Notes under the pieces: generated by a model
The model's input: the letters and a program-made list of their open reading frames with translations, nothing else
What the model was told of the DNA's origin: nothing
Database searches by the model: none
In this document: one piece after another, positions 9,876 to 19,685 of the stretch
How the letters are laid out: each line of letters starts with the position of its first letter
How positions within the stretch are numbered: position 1 is the first letter of the stretch
Made by a program: the position numbers and the translations under genes
NCBI GenBank assembly: GCA_963665325.3
Contig: CAXXWS020000003.1
Coordinates: 352,001 to 416,000, forward strand
Reading direction: 5' to 3'
Source: Alphaproteobacteria bacterium
Lineage (GTDB): Bacteria; Pseudomonadota; Alphaproteobacteria; Bin95
DNA: 64,000 nt

Positions 9876-12233
9876 ATGCCGAAGGACGGGATCGGCGCAT
9901 CCGTCAAGCGCAAGGAAGACTACCGCTTCATCACGGGCCAGGGCGCCTATACCGACGATATCGACAGGCCGGGGCAGACCCATGCGGTCTTCGTGCGCTC
10001 GCCGCACGCCCATGCGCGCATCGCATCGGTGGATACGGCCGCGGCCGCGGCCATGCCGGGCGTCGTGAAGATATTGACCGGCGCGGACTACGCCGCCGAA
10101 GGGCTGGGCGGCCTGCCCTGCGGCTGGCAGGTCACCGGCAAGGACGGCCCGATGGTCGAGCCCGCCCATCCGCCGCTCGCGGTGGACCGGGTGCGCCATG
10201 TCGGCGACCAGGTGGCCGTGGTCATCGCGAACAGCGCGGCCGAAGCGCGCGATGCGGCCGAGGCGGTCGCGGTCGCATACGAGGCCCTGCCGGCCGCCGC
10301 GTCCATCGAGGCGGCGCTCGCGGGAGGCGCGGCGCAGGTGCATGACGAGGCGCCCGGCAATCTCTGCTACGACTGGGAAATCGGCGACAAGGCCGATGTC
10401 GATGCCGCCTTCGCAGACGCACACCATGTCACCCGCGTCGAGCTGGTGAACAACCGCCTGGTGCCGAACGCGATGGAGCCGCGCGCGGCCGTCGCCGAAT
10501 ACGACCGGGCGACGCGCGAATACACGCTCTACACCACCAGCCAGAACCCGCATGTCATCCGTCTCCTGATGGGCGCCTTCGTGCTCCAGCTTCCGGAGCA
10601 CAGGCTGCGGGTCGTGGCTCCGGATGTCGGCGGCGGCTTCGGCTCCAAGATCTTCCACTATGCCGAAGAGGCGATCCTCACCTGGGCTTCGAGCAAGGTC
10701 GCGCGGCCGATCAAGTGGACCGCCGAGCGAGCCGAGAGCTTCGTGACCGACGCGCACGGGCGCGACCATGTGACGGTCGCGGAACTCGCCATGGACCGGG
10801 ACGGGCGCTTCCTCGGCCTCAAGGTCGATACCAAGGCCAATATGGGCGCCTATCTGTCCACCTTCGCGCCCTGCGTGCCGACCTACCTCTACGCCACGCT
10901 GCTCGCCGGCCAGTACACCACGCCGAAGATCTGGTGCGGGGTGCAGGCGGTGTTCACCCATACCGTGCCGGTGGACGCCTATCGCGGCGCCGGGCGGCCG
11001 GAGGCCACTTTCGTCGTCGAGCGCATCGTCGAGACGGCAGCGCGCGAGATGGGCATCGACCCGGCGGAGTTGCGGCGTCGCAATTTCGTGCCGTCGGACG
11101 CCTTCCCCTACCAGACGCCGGTCGCGCTGGTCTATGACAGCGGCAATTACGAAGGCACGCTGGCCGCAGCGCTCGCCGCCGCCGACTACAACGGCTTCGC
11201 CGCCCGCCGGGCGGAAGCGGAATCGCGCGGCAAGCTGCGCGGGATCGGCCTCTCGGCCTATATCGAGGCCTGCGGGATCGCGCCGTCGGCGGTGGTCGGC
11301 TCGCTCGGCGCCCGCGCCGGGCTCTATGAGTGCGGCGAGGTCCGGGTACATCCGACCGGTTCGGTCACCTTCTTCACCGGCACCCACAGCCACGGCCAGG
11401 GCCACGAGACAACCTTCGCGCAGATCATCGCCGACAGGCTCGGCGTCGATATCGACGCGGTCGAGGTCGTGCATGGGGACACCTCGAAGATCCCCTTCGG
11501 CATGGGCACATACGGCTCGCGCTCGCTCGCCGTCGGCGGCTCGGCGCTATCCCGCGCGCTCGACAAGGTGGAGACCAAGGCCAAGCGCATCGCTGCGCAT
11601 CTGATGGAGGCCTCGGAGGCCGATATCGAGTTCGCGGACGGACAGTTCACTGTGGCCGGCACCGACAAGTCGGTCGGCTTCGGCGATGTCGCGCTCACCG
11701 CCTATGTGCCGCACAACTACCCGATCGAGGAGCTGGAGCCGGGGCTGGACGAGACCGCCTTTTACGATCCCGCCAACTTCACCTTCCCGGCCGGTTGCCA
11801 TGTCTGCGAGGTCGAGATCGACCCCGAGACCGGCGCGGTGGAAATCGCGAGTTTCGCGGCGTCCGACGATTTCGGCAATGTCATCAACCCGATGATCGTC
11901 GAGGGCCAGGTGCATGGCGGGATCGTCCAGGGCGTCGGCCAGGCGCTGCTGGAAGGCTGCGTCTATGACAGCGAAGGCCAGCTCGCGACGGGGTCCTACA
12001 TGGATTACACCATGCCCCGCGCCGACGATGTGCCGTCCTTCTCGGTCTCGACCGAGACCACGCCCTGTCCGCACAACCCGCTCGGCGTGAAGGGCTGCGG
12101 CGAGGCCGGCGCCATCGCCGCACCGGCAGCCGTGATGAACGCCGTGCATCACGCGCTCAGCTCGCGCGGCGTTTCGCGGATCGACATGCCGGCGACCCCG
12201 GCCCGTATCTGGCAGGCGTTGAACGCCGCCTGA
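9876..12233 (+). CDS. coxL: form II CoxL-like molybdopterin large subunit (xanthine oxidase family)
   Basis: AYRGAGRPE active-site loop (form II), GGGFG, SHGQG, GCGEAG; S-L-M gene order. Confidence 0.9.
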   Translation: MPKDGIGASVKRKEDYRFITGQGAYTDDIDRPGQTHAVFVRSPHAHARIASVDTAAAAAMPGVVKILTGADYAAEGLGGLPCGWQVTGKDGPMVEPAHPPLAVDRVRHVGDQVAVVIANSAAEARDAAEAVAVAYEALPAAASIEAALAGGAAQVHDEAPGNLCYDWEIGDKADVDAAFADAHHVTRVELVNNRLVPNAMEPRAAVAEYDRATREYTLYTTSQNPHVIRLLMGAFVLQLPEHRLRVVAPDVGGGFGSKIFHYAEEAILTWASSKVARPIKWTAERAESFVTDAHGRDHVTVAELAMDRDGRFLGLKVDTKANMGAYLSTFAPCVPTYLYATLLAGQYTTPKIWCGVQAVFTHTVPVDAYRGAGRPEATFVVERIVETAAREMGIDPAELRRRNFVPSDAFPYQTPVALVYDSGNYEGTLAAALAAADYNGFAARRAEAESRGKLRGIGLSAYIEACGIAPSAVVGSLGARAGLYECGEVRVHPTGSVTFFTGTHSHGQGHETTFAQIIADRLGVDIDAVEVVHGDTSKIPFGMGTYGSRSLAVGGSALSRALDKVETKAKRIAAHLMEASEADIEFADGQFTVAGTDKSVGFGDVALTAYVPHNYPIEELEPGLDETAFYDPANFTFPAGCHVCEVEIDPETGAVEIASFAASDDFGNVINPMIVEGQVHGGIVQGVGQALLEGCVYDSEGQLATGSYMDYTMPRADDVPSFSVSTETTPCPHNPLGVKGCGEAGAIAAPAAVMNAVHHALSSRGVSRIDMPATPARIWQALNAA

Positions 12234-12253
12234 GCTCAAGGAGTCTCCTCCCC

Positions 12254-13048
12254 ATGCACGATTTCACCTATCGCACGGCGAGTTCGGTCGCGGACGCCGC
12301 CGCCAAGGTTGCCGCCGGAGAGGACGCGGTGCTGATGGCCGGCGGCATGACCCTACTGCCGACCCTGAAGCAGCGCCTCGCCCAGCCCTCCGATGTGGTC
12401 GATCTCGGCGGCATCGACAGCCTCCGGGGCATTCAGGTGTCCGGCGGCACGGTCACGGTCGGGGCGATGACGGTCCACGATGCCGTCGCGAACTCGTCCG
12501 AGGTTGCAGCCGCAATCCCGGCGCTGGCAGCGCTGGCCGGCCATATCGGCGACCCGCAGGTCCGCAATCGCGGCACCATAGGTGGCTCCATCTCCAACAA
12601 CGACCCGGCAGCCGACTATCCGGCCGGCCTGGTCGGCCTCGGGGCAACGGTCTGCACCGACCGGCGCGAGATCGCCGCCGATGACTTCTTCAACGGCATG
12701 TTCGAGACCGCGCTGGCGGATGGCGAGATCGTGACATCCGTGCGCTTCCCGGCGCCGGAAGCGGCCGCCTATATGAAGTTCCCGAACCCGGCCTCGCGCT
12801 ACGCCATCGTCGGCGTGTTCGTCGCCAGGACGGGCGGCGGCGTGCGGGTTGCAGTGACCGGCGCGGCCTCCTGCGTCTATCGCGAAACCGCGATGGAAGC
12901 GGCGCTCGAAGGCAATTTCTCGCCTTCCGCTCTGGACGGCATGACGGCCTCTGCCGATGACCTGAACGAGGATATCCACGCCTCGGCGGAATATCGCGCG
13001 CATCTGGTCGGCGTCATGGCGCGACGGGCGGTCGCCGCCTGCGGATAG
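12254..13048 (+). CDS. coxM: CoxM-like FAD subunit
   Basis: AGGMTL, QVRNRGTIGGS, NNDPAAD, KFPNPASRYA. Confidence 0.93.
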   Translation: MHDFTYRTASSVADAAAKVAAGEDAVLMAGGMTLLPTLKQRLAQPSDVVDLGGIDSLRGIQVSGGTVTVGAMTVHDAVANSSEVAAAIPALAALAGHIGDPQVRNRGTIGGSISNNDPAADYPAGLVGLGATVCTDRREIAADDFFNGMFETALADGEIVTSVRFPAPEAAAYMKFPNPASRYAIVGVFVARTGGGVRVAVTGAASCVYRETAMEAALEGNFSPSALDGMTASADDLNEDIHASAEYRAHLVGVMARRAVAACG

Positions 13049-13052
13049 GGGG

Positions 13053-13379
13053 ATGGCCTGGGCGTTTATGGCGCTCGCCATCCTGCTCGAGACCGTCGGC
13101 ACCGGCCTGCTGAAGCTCTCCCACGGCTTCGAGCGGGTCGGGATCGGCGGTCTTTCCATGCTGTCCTACGGCGTGTGCTTCTTCTTCCTGGCGCTCGCGC
13201 TCAGGGTGATTCCGGTCGGCGCCGCCTACGCCATCTGGTCCGGCGTCGGCACGGCGCTGGTCGTGCTGGCGGGCGTGTTCCTGTTCGGCGAGAAGATGAC
13301 CCTGCTGAAAGCAGGCCTGATCGCGATGATCGTGGTCGGCGCGGCCGGCCTCATGCTGCTTATCGATTCGGAGGCGTAA
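13053..13379 (+). CDS. SMR family small multidrug transporter
   Basis: 108 aa, 4 TM, conserved Glu in TM1 (AILLETVGT), AYAIWSGVG. Confidence 0.9.
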   Translation: MAWAFMALAILLETVGTGLLKLSHGFERVGIGGLSMLSYGVCFFFLALALRVIPVGAAYAIWSGVGTALVVLAGVFLFGEKMTLLKAGLIAMIVVGAAGLMLLIDSEA

Positions 13380-13782
13380 AGCCGGTATAGCCCGGCGGCT
13401 CCCAGCCGGGCGGGGCGATCTCGAAGCCTTCGAAGGTGAAGGCCGGCGCGACGATGCAGCCGGCGAGGCTCCACTCGCCGAACGACCGGCAGCGCTGCCA
13501 TCGGTGCGCCGGCACGACGGCCTGGAGTTCATGGCCGTCTTCCAGCGGCCCGAGCGTCACCCGGTCGGTCTCCGTTTCCAGCACCAGCGGCGCGCCGGCA
13601 TGGAACGCCCAGATTTCCGGCGCATCGACCCGGTGCCAGCGCGACGGCCCGGCTTCCAGCAGAAAATAGATCGAGGTCGCCGCCGTCCGCCCCTCGCCCG
13701 GCGCCCGGTAGATCTCCCGGTAGAACCCGCCCTCCGGATGCGGCTCCAGCCCCAGCCGCCGGACGACCTCCTCGGCCTTCAT
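13360..13782 (-). CDS. cupin DUF985 family protein
   Basis: LGLEPHPEGGFYRE, TSIYFLL, SRWHRVD, VAPAFTFEGF; real start is 13782 within the longer ORF. Confidence 0.9.
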   Translation of the reverse strand: MKAEEVVRRLGLEPHPEGGFYREIYRAPGEGRTAATSIYFLLEAGPSRWHRVDAPEIWAFHAGAPLVLETETDRVTLGPLEDGHELQAVVPAHRWQRCRSFGEWSLAGCIVAPAFTFEGFEIAPPGWEPPGYTGFTPPNR

Positions 13783-14288
13783 GGTCCGGATTCCTTCATC
13801 GAGGCCAGTGCGGCGAAGGGACCCGTCGGCGCCTCGTCCGCCTCCGGTTCGTAGTCGAGCGCGGCGACATCGGCGTCCGGGGCGCGGGGATGCGGGTCGA
13901 GGCCGAGCGCCAGCACCTCCCGGACCAGTTCCAGAAGATCGACGCCTTCCACCGGCAGCGGGTCCGGCCCGTCCTCGTCCAGCGCGCCGATCTCGACCTC
14001 GCCGGCGTCGGCCTCGACGAGCCCGGGCAGGTAGCGCCGCGAGACCGGTTCGGCGAAGTCCTGGTCGAAAAACTCGTCCGTCACCACACAGAGCCGCCTG
14101 AGCCGCGCCGCCACCCGTCCTTCGAGCGTCATCCCGCCCTTCGGCCGCGGGCGGGCCGTCAGCGCCGTTTCGACCGAGAGCACCGCCGGCAGCTCGAAGA
14201 GCGCCGCCAGCGACGCGCATTCCGCCGGCGTCGCGCTGGCGTCGATGCGGGCCTCGTCCTCGGACCGGGCGATCCGGCGCGTCAGCAC
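13779..14288 (-). CDS. YceD/DUF177 family protein
   Basis: CVVT, DL.EL..E.LALGLDPHPRAP, GPFAALASMK. Confidence 0.88.
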   Translation of the reverse strand: MLTRRIARSEDEARIDASATPAECASLAALFELPAVLSVETALTARPRPKGGMTLEGRVAARLRRLCVVTDEFFDQDFAEPVSRRYLPGLVEADAGEVEIGALDEDGPDPLPVEGVDLLELVREVLALGLDPHPRAPDADVAALDYEPEADEAPTGPFAALASMKESGP

Positions 14289-14845
14289 GGGTCCGGCTCC
14301 GGGAAATGCGCTTCGCCGGCGGCAAGGCGCGCATCCTCCTGTGCCGTCAGCGCCGCCTCGACCGCGCGGATATAGGCCGCCGCACCCTCCGCCAGGCCTG
14401 GCCCGGTATCCAGCGTGCCGTAAAGGTTGCGCTCGGCAGCGGCAGCAAGATCGCCGCCGCGGTCGAGCCCTTCGCTATAGGCGTCCAGCCGGCCGTAGAA
14501 GGCGGACGCCATCCGCTTCACCTTCTTTCCGACCGAAAGGTCGCCCGCGCCCATTTCCCGCAGGCTTTGGTCCATGTCCGCGACGAACAGGTCCACGAGC
14601 CCCTGGCCCAGCCCGTCCAGCGCCGGCGCCCGCTGCACCCGGCGCAGCAACAGCGCGACATGCAGCGTCACCAGCTCGAAGCGCCCGTCCAGCGTGTCCG
14701 GCACGCCGAGCGCCAGCATGACCGCCGGGCGGCGCGCGGCCTGCACGGCAGCGCGGTAGAGCGCCCAGGCCGCATCGGACGGCTGCGGCCGGAAAAACAG
14801 GCGTTTCAACGCATCGAGATTGACAGCCGGGCCTCGTCTCGCCAT
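14282..14845 (-). CDS. ubiquinol-cytochrome c chaperone (Cbp3-like)
   Basis: GVPDTLDGRFE, DMDQSLREMGAGDLSVGKKVK, FYGRL.AY; start uncertain (14845 or TTG 14809). Confidence 0.9.
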   Translation of the reverse strand: MARRGPAVNLDALKRLFFRPQPSDAAWALYRAAVQAARRPAVMLALGVPDTLDGRFELVTLHVALLLRRVQRAPALDGLGQGLVDLFVADMDQSLREMGAGDLSVGKKVKRMASAFYGRLDAYSEGLDRGGDLAAAAERNLYGTLDTGPGLAEGAAAYIRAVEAALTAQEDARLAAGEAHFPEPDPC

Positions 14846-14881
14846 CAAGAAGCGGAACTCCGGAGCGGGAAGAGCGTCGCC

Positions 14882-15322
14882 ATGATACGGATTGCCGCCA
14901 TGCTTGTCGCGGTCGGCCTCGTCTCCGCCGGCTGTACGCCCGCCGTGGACCATCGAGGCTATGTGGTCCCGAAACAGGCGGTTGAAAAACTCGCCGCTGG
15001 CACCGCGACGCGCAGCGAGGTGCTGCAGGCCCTCGGGACACCGTCCACCACCGCCGCCTTCGACAACAACACCTGGTACTATTTCGGCGAGACGACGCAG
15101 CGCGAAGCGTTCTACGATCCCGAGCTGATCGAGCGCCATGTCCTGATCCTGCGGTTCGACGATGGCGGCCTGCTGTCCGAGGTCGGGACGCGGGACGCCA
15201 AGAGCGGCCGCGAGGTGACACTGGTCAGCCGCGAGACGCCGACGGCCGGCCATTCAATCACCATCATCGAGCAGATCCTCGGCAATGTCGGCCGCTTCAG
15301 CGACCCGGGCGCCCCCCAGTAG
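14882..15322 (+). CDS. bamE: outer membrane assembly lipoprotein BamE
   Basis: Lipobox SAGC, HRGY, LGTPS, WYY, QILGNVGRF; divergent from cbp3 as typical. Confidence 0.92.
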   Translation: MIRIAAMLVAVGLVSAGCTPAVDHRGYVVPKQAVEKLAAGTATRSEVLQALGTPSTTAAFDNNTWYYFGETTQREAFYDPELIERHVLILRFDDGGLLSEVGTRDAKSGREVTLVSRETPTAGHSITIIEQILGNVGRFSDPGAPQ

Positions 15323-15348
15323 GGCGCGGCTCCTTCGTCCGACCCGGA

Positions 15349-15864
15349 TCAGTCCCGGTCCCTGCGAGGACCGCCGCCGGGCCGGCGCGGGCCGCCGCCC
15401 CTGGGCGGGCCCCGCCGGTCGTCATAGCCGCCGCCGCGGCGGTCATCGTAGCCCCCGCGCCGGTCGTCATAGCCGCCCCGGCGGTCGTCGCGGTCGCCGC
15501 CGCGGCGGTCGTCATAGGGCCTGCCCCTCGGCCGGTCGCCATGCCGCTCCGGCGGGCGGCCGCCGCGCTGCCATTCGAGCGTGATGCGGAACGCCGCGCC
15601 CTCGTCTCCCGCCGCCACGATCGGCTCCCCGGCGGCGTCGAACTTCAATGCAAAGGCAATGGCCACCTTCCCGGGATCGGCGGCTTTCACCTGCTCCAGC
15701 AGGGTTCCGGCGAGCGGCTGCAGGCGCGAGGCGGCGCGCTCGAAGCGCGGCACGACCTCCACGGCGCCGGGCGCGGCCTCTTCGGCCTCCTCCGCCTCGC
15801 TGGCGGTTTCGACATGGATCGTGCTGCCGTCGGACAGCAGGAACTTGACGGTCTTCGCGGTCAT
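15349..15864 (-). CDS. Trypco1 (CU044_2847-like) domain protein with an Arg/Gly/Asp/Tyr repeat tail
   Basis: DGSTIHVE...P.KVAIAFALKFDAAG..IVA.....AAFRITLEW pattern, then ~70 aa low-complexity tail. Confidence 0.7.
   Translation of the reverse strand: MTAKTVKFLLSDGSTIHVETASEAEEAEEAAPGAVEVVPRFERAASRLQPLAGTLLEQVKAADPGKVAIAFALKFDAAGEPIVAAGDEGAAFRITLEWQRGGRPPERHGDRPRGRPYDDRRGGDRDDRRGGYDDRRGGYDDRRGGGYDDRRGPPRGGGPRRPGGGPRRDRD
15409..15516 (-). repeat. five coding tandem DDRRG(G) units, ~21-nt period
   Basis: YDDRRGG-DRDDRRGG-YDDRRGG-YDDRRGGG-YDDRRG with synonymous codon differences between units. Confidence 0.9.
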
Positions 15865-16015
15865 TCGGGGGCAATCCTATACCGCGTCCGGCGCGGCGAC
15901 GGGCGCCCGGGACAGCCTCCCCGGCGCAAGAGGGCCGGAACTTAGCCCGGAATTCCCACCAATGTCACGGCCTGCGTCGCGCCCAAGCGTTCGATCCGCA
16001 AGGAGCGGGCCCAAC

Positions 16016-17071
16016 CTATTTTGCCGAGAGCGGCGCGGAAAGGGGCACGCCGGGCACGCGGATGCCGTTCGGGCGGCCCGACGCCGTCGCCTCCTGGTAT
16101 TCCTCCGTCATCGCCGACGGCAGGTCCGGCCCGTCGGCGCAGGCGAGCCAGAGGCGCAGCATGTGGCGTTTCCGCGCCGGATCGTCCCAGTCCACATAGG
16201 CCGTGCGCGAATGCAGGATGCGGTGGTTGGAGACGATCTGGAGGTCGCCTTCCTCCAGCACCATGTCGAGATGCAGCGCCGGATCGGCAACGAGCGCGTC
16301 GATCGTGTCCATCGCTTCGGTCTGAAGCGCGGAAGGCTCCGGCGGCCCGGGCATGGGGCGGGCCTTCTCGATGGCGCTGCGCACATAGGTCGTGACCACA
16401 TTGCCCCGCCACGGCAGGAACACCGGCACCTCCGCCCAGGGCTTCCGGCCTTCCGGCACCTCGCCCCATCGTGTGCGGGCGATCGGCAGGCAGAGCGCCG
16501 CCGCCAGGTCCGGCCGGCGGCGGACCATCTCGTTCCAGATCGTGACGGAACTCACCAGCGAGGACAGCCCGCCCTCGCGCGCCGTGCGCAGGCAGAGCAG
16601 GCAGGCCAGGTCGGACTCATCGGTGTGGTAGGGCAGGCGCGCATTCGTCTGGTATCCGCGCGTGTCCGGCCGCGCGTAGTCGAGACCGAGGTCGCGCACA
16701 TGGCCCAGCACATGGCCCTTGCCGTTCTGCGAGACCGCCTCGCCCAGATGCAGGCCGAGCAGCCAGAACGCTGCCGCCGCCCGCCTGAGCGGCCACCCTC
16801 CGACCGGCAGGCCCCGGATCACCTGGAAGCCGATGCCGTGCAGCACCTCCTGCCGGATGCGGTGGAGCCGTTTCGCCAGCTTCGGCAGCGGCTCGCGGGC
16901 GATTTCCAGGATCGGCACCTCCTCGAGCCGCGCGGCGGCCGCCTCGATCTCGGCAATCTCGTCGGGCGCAAGCTCGTGCGTCCACAGTCCCGGCTTCGAA
17001 GCCATGTCGGGGCCGTACCAGCATTGCGGCGTCTCCACCGGTGCCGGCCCGGCATTGTGGATGTCGTTCAT
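16016..17071 (-). CDS. TauD/TfdA family Fe(II)/2OG dioxygenase
   Basis: YHTD, SNHRILHSR, RHMLRLWL. Confidence 0.9.
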   Translation of the reverse strand: MNDIHNAGPAPVETPQCWYGPDMASKPGLWTHELAPDEIAEIEAAAARLEEVPILEIAREPLPKLAKRLHRIRQEVLHGIGFQVIRGLPVGGWPLRRAAAAFWLLGLHLGEAVSQNGKGHVLGHVRDLGLDYARPDTRGYQTNARLPYHTDESDLACLLCLRTAREGGLSSLVSSVTIWNEMVRRRPDLAAALCLPIARTRWGEVPEGRKPWAEVPVFLPWRGNVVTTYVRSAIEKARPMPGPPEPSALQTEAMDTIDALVADPALHLDMVLEEGDLQIVSNHRILHSRTAYVDWDDPARKRHMLRLWLACADGPDLPSAMTEEYQEATASGRPNGIRVPGVPLSAPLSAK

Positions 17072-17092
17072 CGTTCCGCTTTCCCCGCCTTG

Positions 17093-17980
17093 TCAGTCGA
17101 TACGCCCGAGGCCCGCCTGCCCGACCGGGACCTCCATCAGGTCCCGACCCCAGACGATGTCGCCGTCGAAGACCGGCGCCATCTCGCGCAGGATGCGTGA
17201 GCGCATGACCGGCGTGTCGATCTGGCTCGTGATATGCGTCAGCACCAGGGTCGCCACGCCCGCCTCCGCCGCCACCTGCGCGGTGTCCATATGGTTGCCG
17301 CAGGCGCGGCGGTATTCCGGCGAGGGCTCGGTGCCGGTGAAGAAATGGTTCATGTGGACCAGCACATCCGCGCCCCGCGCCAGCTCGACGATGCCGGGGC
17401 ACACGCCGCCGCTGTCGCCGGAATAGCAGACCGAGCCGGCGTCCGTGTCGATGCGGAAGGCGAGGCATTGCAGGTATGGCTGGAAATGCCAGCCCTCGCC
17501 CACAGTGACGCGCCAGTCCTTGCCTTCCACGAGGTCGCCCGGGCCGACTTCCCGCACCTGCGGGTCGGGCCGGGCGCGCTCCCCTTCCCCGCCGCGCGCT
17601 TCGTAAACATCGAGGCTGCAGCGGTGGCGGGTGCGCGCTTCGATATCGGGGCCGTAAACCCCCTCCGGCGAGAACAGCAGGTCGGTCATGCGCGCGGTCG
17701 GCGGCGGCCCGAACACCTGTAGCTCGCCAAGCTCTCCCGCGCCCTGGTCCCAGCGGTTCATCACGAGGCGCGCATAGTCCATGCAGTGGTCGTAATGCAG
17801 GTGGGTGAGGAAGCAGTGGGTCACATCGACCGCCCGCCTGCCGGCTTCCAGAAGCCGGTGATGCGCGCCCGGCCCGTGGTCGAACACGATGGTGTCGCCC
17901 CCGGTCTCGATCAGGTAGCCGGAGCCCATGCGTTCGAGCGAGGGCGCCGGCGTGCCCGTGCCGAGAAGGGTGAGGCGCAT
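17093..17980 (-). CDS. MBL-fold metallo-hydrolase (RNase Z/AtsA-like)
   Basis: LTLLGTG, THLHYDH, YSGDS, LVLTH. Confidence 0.88.
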   Translation of the reverse strand: MRLTLLGTGTPAPSLERMGSGYLIETGGDTIVFDHGPGAHHRLLEAGRRAVDVTHCFLTHLHYDHCMDYARLVMNRWDQGAGELGELQVFGPPPTARMTDLLFSPEGVYGPDIEARTRHRCSLDVYEARGGEGERARPDPQVREVGPGDLVEGKDWRVTVGEGWHFQPYLQCLAFRIDTDAGSVCYSGDSGGVCPGIVELARGADVLVHMNHFFTGTEPSPEYRRACGNHMDTAQVAAEAGVATLVLTHITSQIDTPVMRSRILREMAPVFDGDIVWGRDLMEVPVGQAGLGRID

Positions 17981-18080
17981 GGCTTCTCTCTCCGTGCGAA
18001 AATGCGCAAACATCGGGTGGCGGACGCGGCCGGGCGATCCTAGCTTCGGCCCTGTGACCCGGCAAGGAGACCCAGGCCCC

Positions 18081-18932
18081 ATGCCCCATAGCCTCTATTC
18101 CCGTATCGAAGTCGCGCTCGCCATGATTGCCGAGAACCAGGCCGACCAGCCGGGGCTCGACGAGATGGCGGCGGCCGCCGGCATGAGCCCCCACCACTTC
18201 CAGCGCACCTTCCGCCGCTGGGTCGGCATCAGCCCGACGAAGTTCCTGCAATATCTGACGCTCGAGCGCGCCAAGGCCAGCCTGGCGGAGAATGCGAGCG
18301 TGCTGGAAGCCTCCTGGGACGCGGGCCTGTCCGGCCCCGGCCGGCTGCACGACCTGTTCGTCACCCACGAGGCGGTCACGCCCGGCGACTACAAGCGGCG
18401 CGGGGCGGGGCTCGCAATCCGCTACGGCTTCCACGACTCGCCCTTCGGGCGCTGCCTGCTGATGGCGACCGACCGGGGCATTTGCGGGCTCGCCTTCGCC
18501 GCCGGGGGGGAGGAGCGCGCCGGGCTCGAAAACATGCGCCGGCGCTGGCCCGCGGCCGCGTTCGCGGAGGCGCCCGGCGAGACCGCCGCCTTCGCCGGGC
18601 GCATCTTCCAGCCGAAGGCCGGCGCGCCGGCGCTGCCGCTCTGCCTGCACGGCACCAACTTCCAGATTCGCGTCTGGGATGCACTGCTGCGCATTCCGGC
18701 GGGCGGGCTGGCGACCTATGGCGATGTCGCGGCGGCGGTCGGCGCGCCCCGCGCGGCGCGGGCGGTCGGTGCCGCCATCGGGCGCAATCCGGTCTCCTGG
18801 CTCGTGCCCTGCCACCGGGTCATTCTCGCGAACGGCTATCTCCACAATTATGAATGGGGCCTGGCCCGCAAGGCGGCGCTGATCGGCTGGGAGGCGGCCC
18901 GCAGCGAGGAGCGCCGCTCGGCTGCGGCGTAA
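18081..18932 (+). CDS. AraC-HTH / O6-methylguanine-DNA methyltransferase (Ada-like, no N-terminal Zn domain)
   Basis: HFQRTFRRWVGISP HTH; GTNFQIRVW, VPCHRV active site. Confidence 0.92.
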   Translation: MPHSLYSRIEVALAMIAENQADQPGLDEMAAAAGMSPHHFQRTFRRWVGISPTKFLQYLTLERAKASLAENASVLEASWDAGLSGPGRLHDLFVTHEAVTPGDYKRRGAGLAIRYGFHDSPFGRCLLMATDRGICGLAFAAGGEERAGLENMRRRWPAAAFAEAPGETAAFAGRIFQPKAGAPALPLCLHGTNFQIRVWDALLRIPAGGLATYGDVAAAVGAPRAARAVGAAIGRNPVSWLVPCHRVILANGYLHNYEWGLARKAALIGWEAARSEERRSAAA

Positions 18933-19635
18933 GCACACCCTGCAGAAGCCTCCGCCGTGACCGCACCGGCTCCGGCGTCACCCCGGCCAGCCGCTTCGCC
19001 GCCTCGGCGATCACCACGCCGCCGAACACCGGCAGACAGCGCCGCCCGAACCGCTCCCACGCCTCCGCCGCGCCCGGCCGCACCAGCCGGCGGAGCGGCG
19101 GAGCGAACAGCGCCTCCTCGCTGCCGAGCGGCGTGAACATCGCCTCGCGCAACAGCCGCTCCAGCTGCGCCCGCGACCAGGGCCGGCCGTGGCCGAAGGG
19201 CGTGTGCTCGAAACGCGCCCAGAGGCCGCGGCGGCTGGGCGCCACGACGATCAGCCGACCCTCCGCGGCGAGGATGCGCCAGATCTCCCGCAGCCGGCCG
19301 CCGAGATGCTCGGAGGTCTCGACATCGTGGGCGAGCAGCACGCGATCGAACGCGAGGTCGGGAAAGGGCAGCGCGTCCTCTTCGGTCAGCACCGTCCGGC
19401 AGCGCCCCTCCGCCGGCCAGCGGGCCGCACCCTGCCCCGCCGGCATCGCCGCCAGCACATGCGCCGCTCCTTCCGCCAGCCCGTCGAGCAGGGGCGGCGC
19501 ATAGCCGAGCCCCAGCACCTGCATCGCGCCCAGCGCCGGCCAGCGCCGCCGCACCCGCTCCGCCAGCACAAGCCCCGCCGCCTGCCCCAGAGGCCCGTCA
19601 TAGAAGGCGCGAAGCTCGCTCACATCGCTGCGCAT
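18820..19635 (-). CDS. class I SAM-dependent methyltransferase (type 11)
   Basis: DV.ELRAFY..PLG, LGLGYA, LPFPD..FDRVL, TPFGHGRP. Confidence 0.88.
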   Translation of the reverse strand: MRSDVSELRAFYDGPLGQAAGLVLAERVRRRWPALGAMQVLGLGYAPPLLDGLAEGAAHVLAAMPAGQGAARWPAEGRCRTVLTEEDALPFPDLAFDRVLLAHDVETSEHLGGRLREIWRILAAEGRLIVVAPSRRGLWARFEHTPFGHGRPWSRAQLERLLREAMFTPLGSEEALFAPPLRRLVRPGAAEAWERFGRRCLPVFGGVVIAEAAKRLAGVTPEPVRSRRRLLQGVLTPQPSGAPRCGPPPSRSAPPCGPGPIHNCGDSRSRE

Positions 19636-19685
19636 GGGCTCGCCTCAGAGGGTCCGCAGGCCGGGATGCCGCCGCATCGCCCGGC

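Noticed and set aside
9876-12233. Bona fide aerobic CO dehydrogenase (form I)
   Set aside because: The motif is AYRGAGR rather than AYxCSFR, the order is S-L-M, and there are no accessory cox genes; CO oxidation cannot be claimed
15409-15516. CRISPR-like array
   Set aside because: The units are contiguous, in-frame coding repeats without spacers, and there are no cas genes in the window
18820-18932. 113-nt convergent overlap of the ada-like and methyltransferase genes as a regulatory feature
   Set aside because: Probably a non-conserved C-terminal run-on in GC-rich DNA
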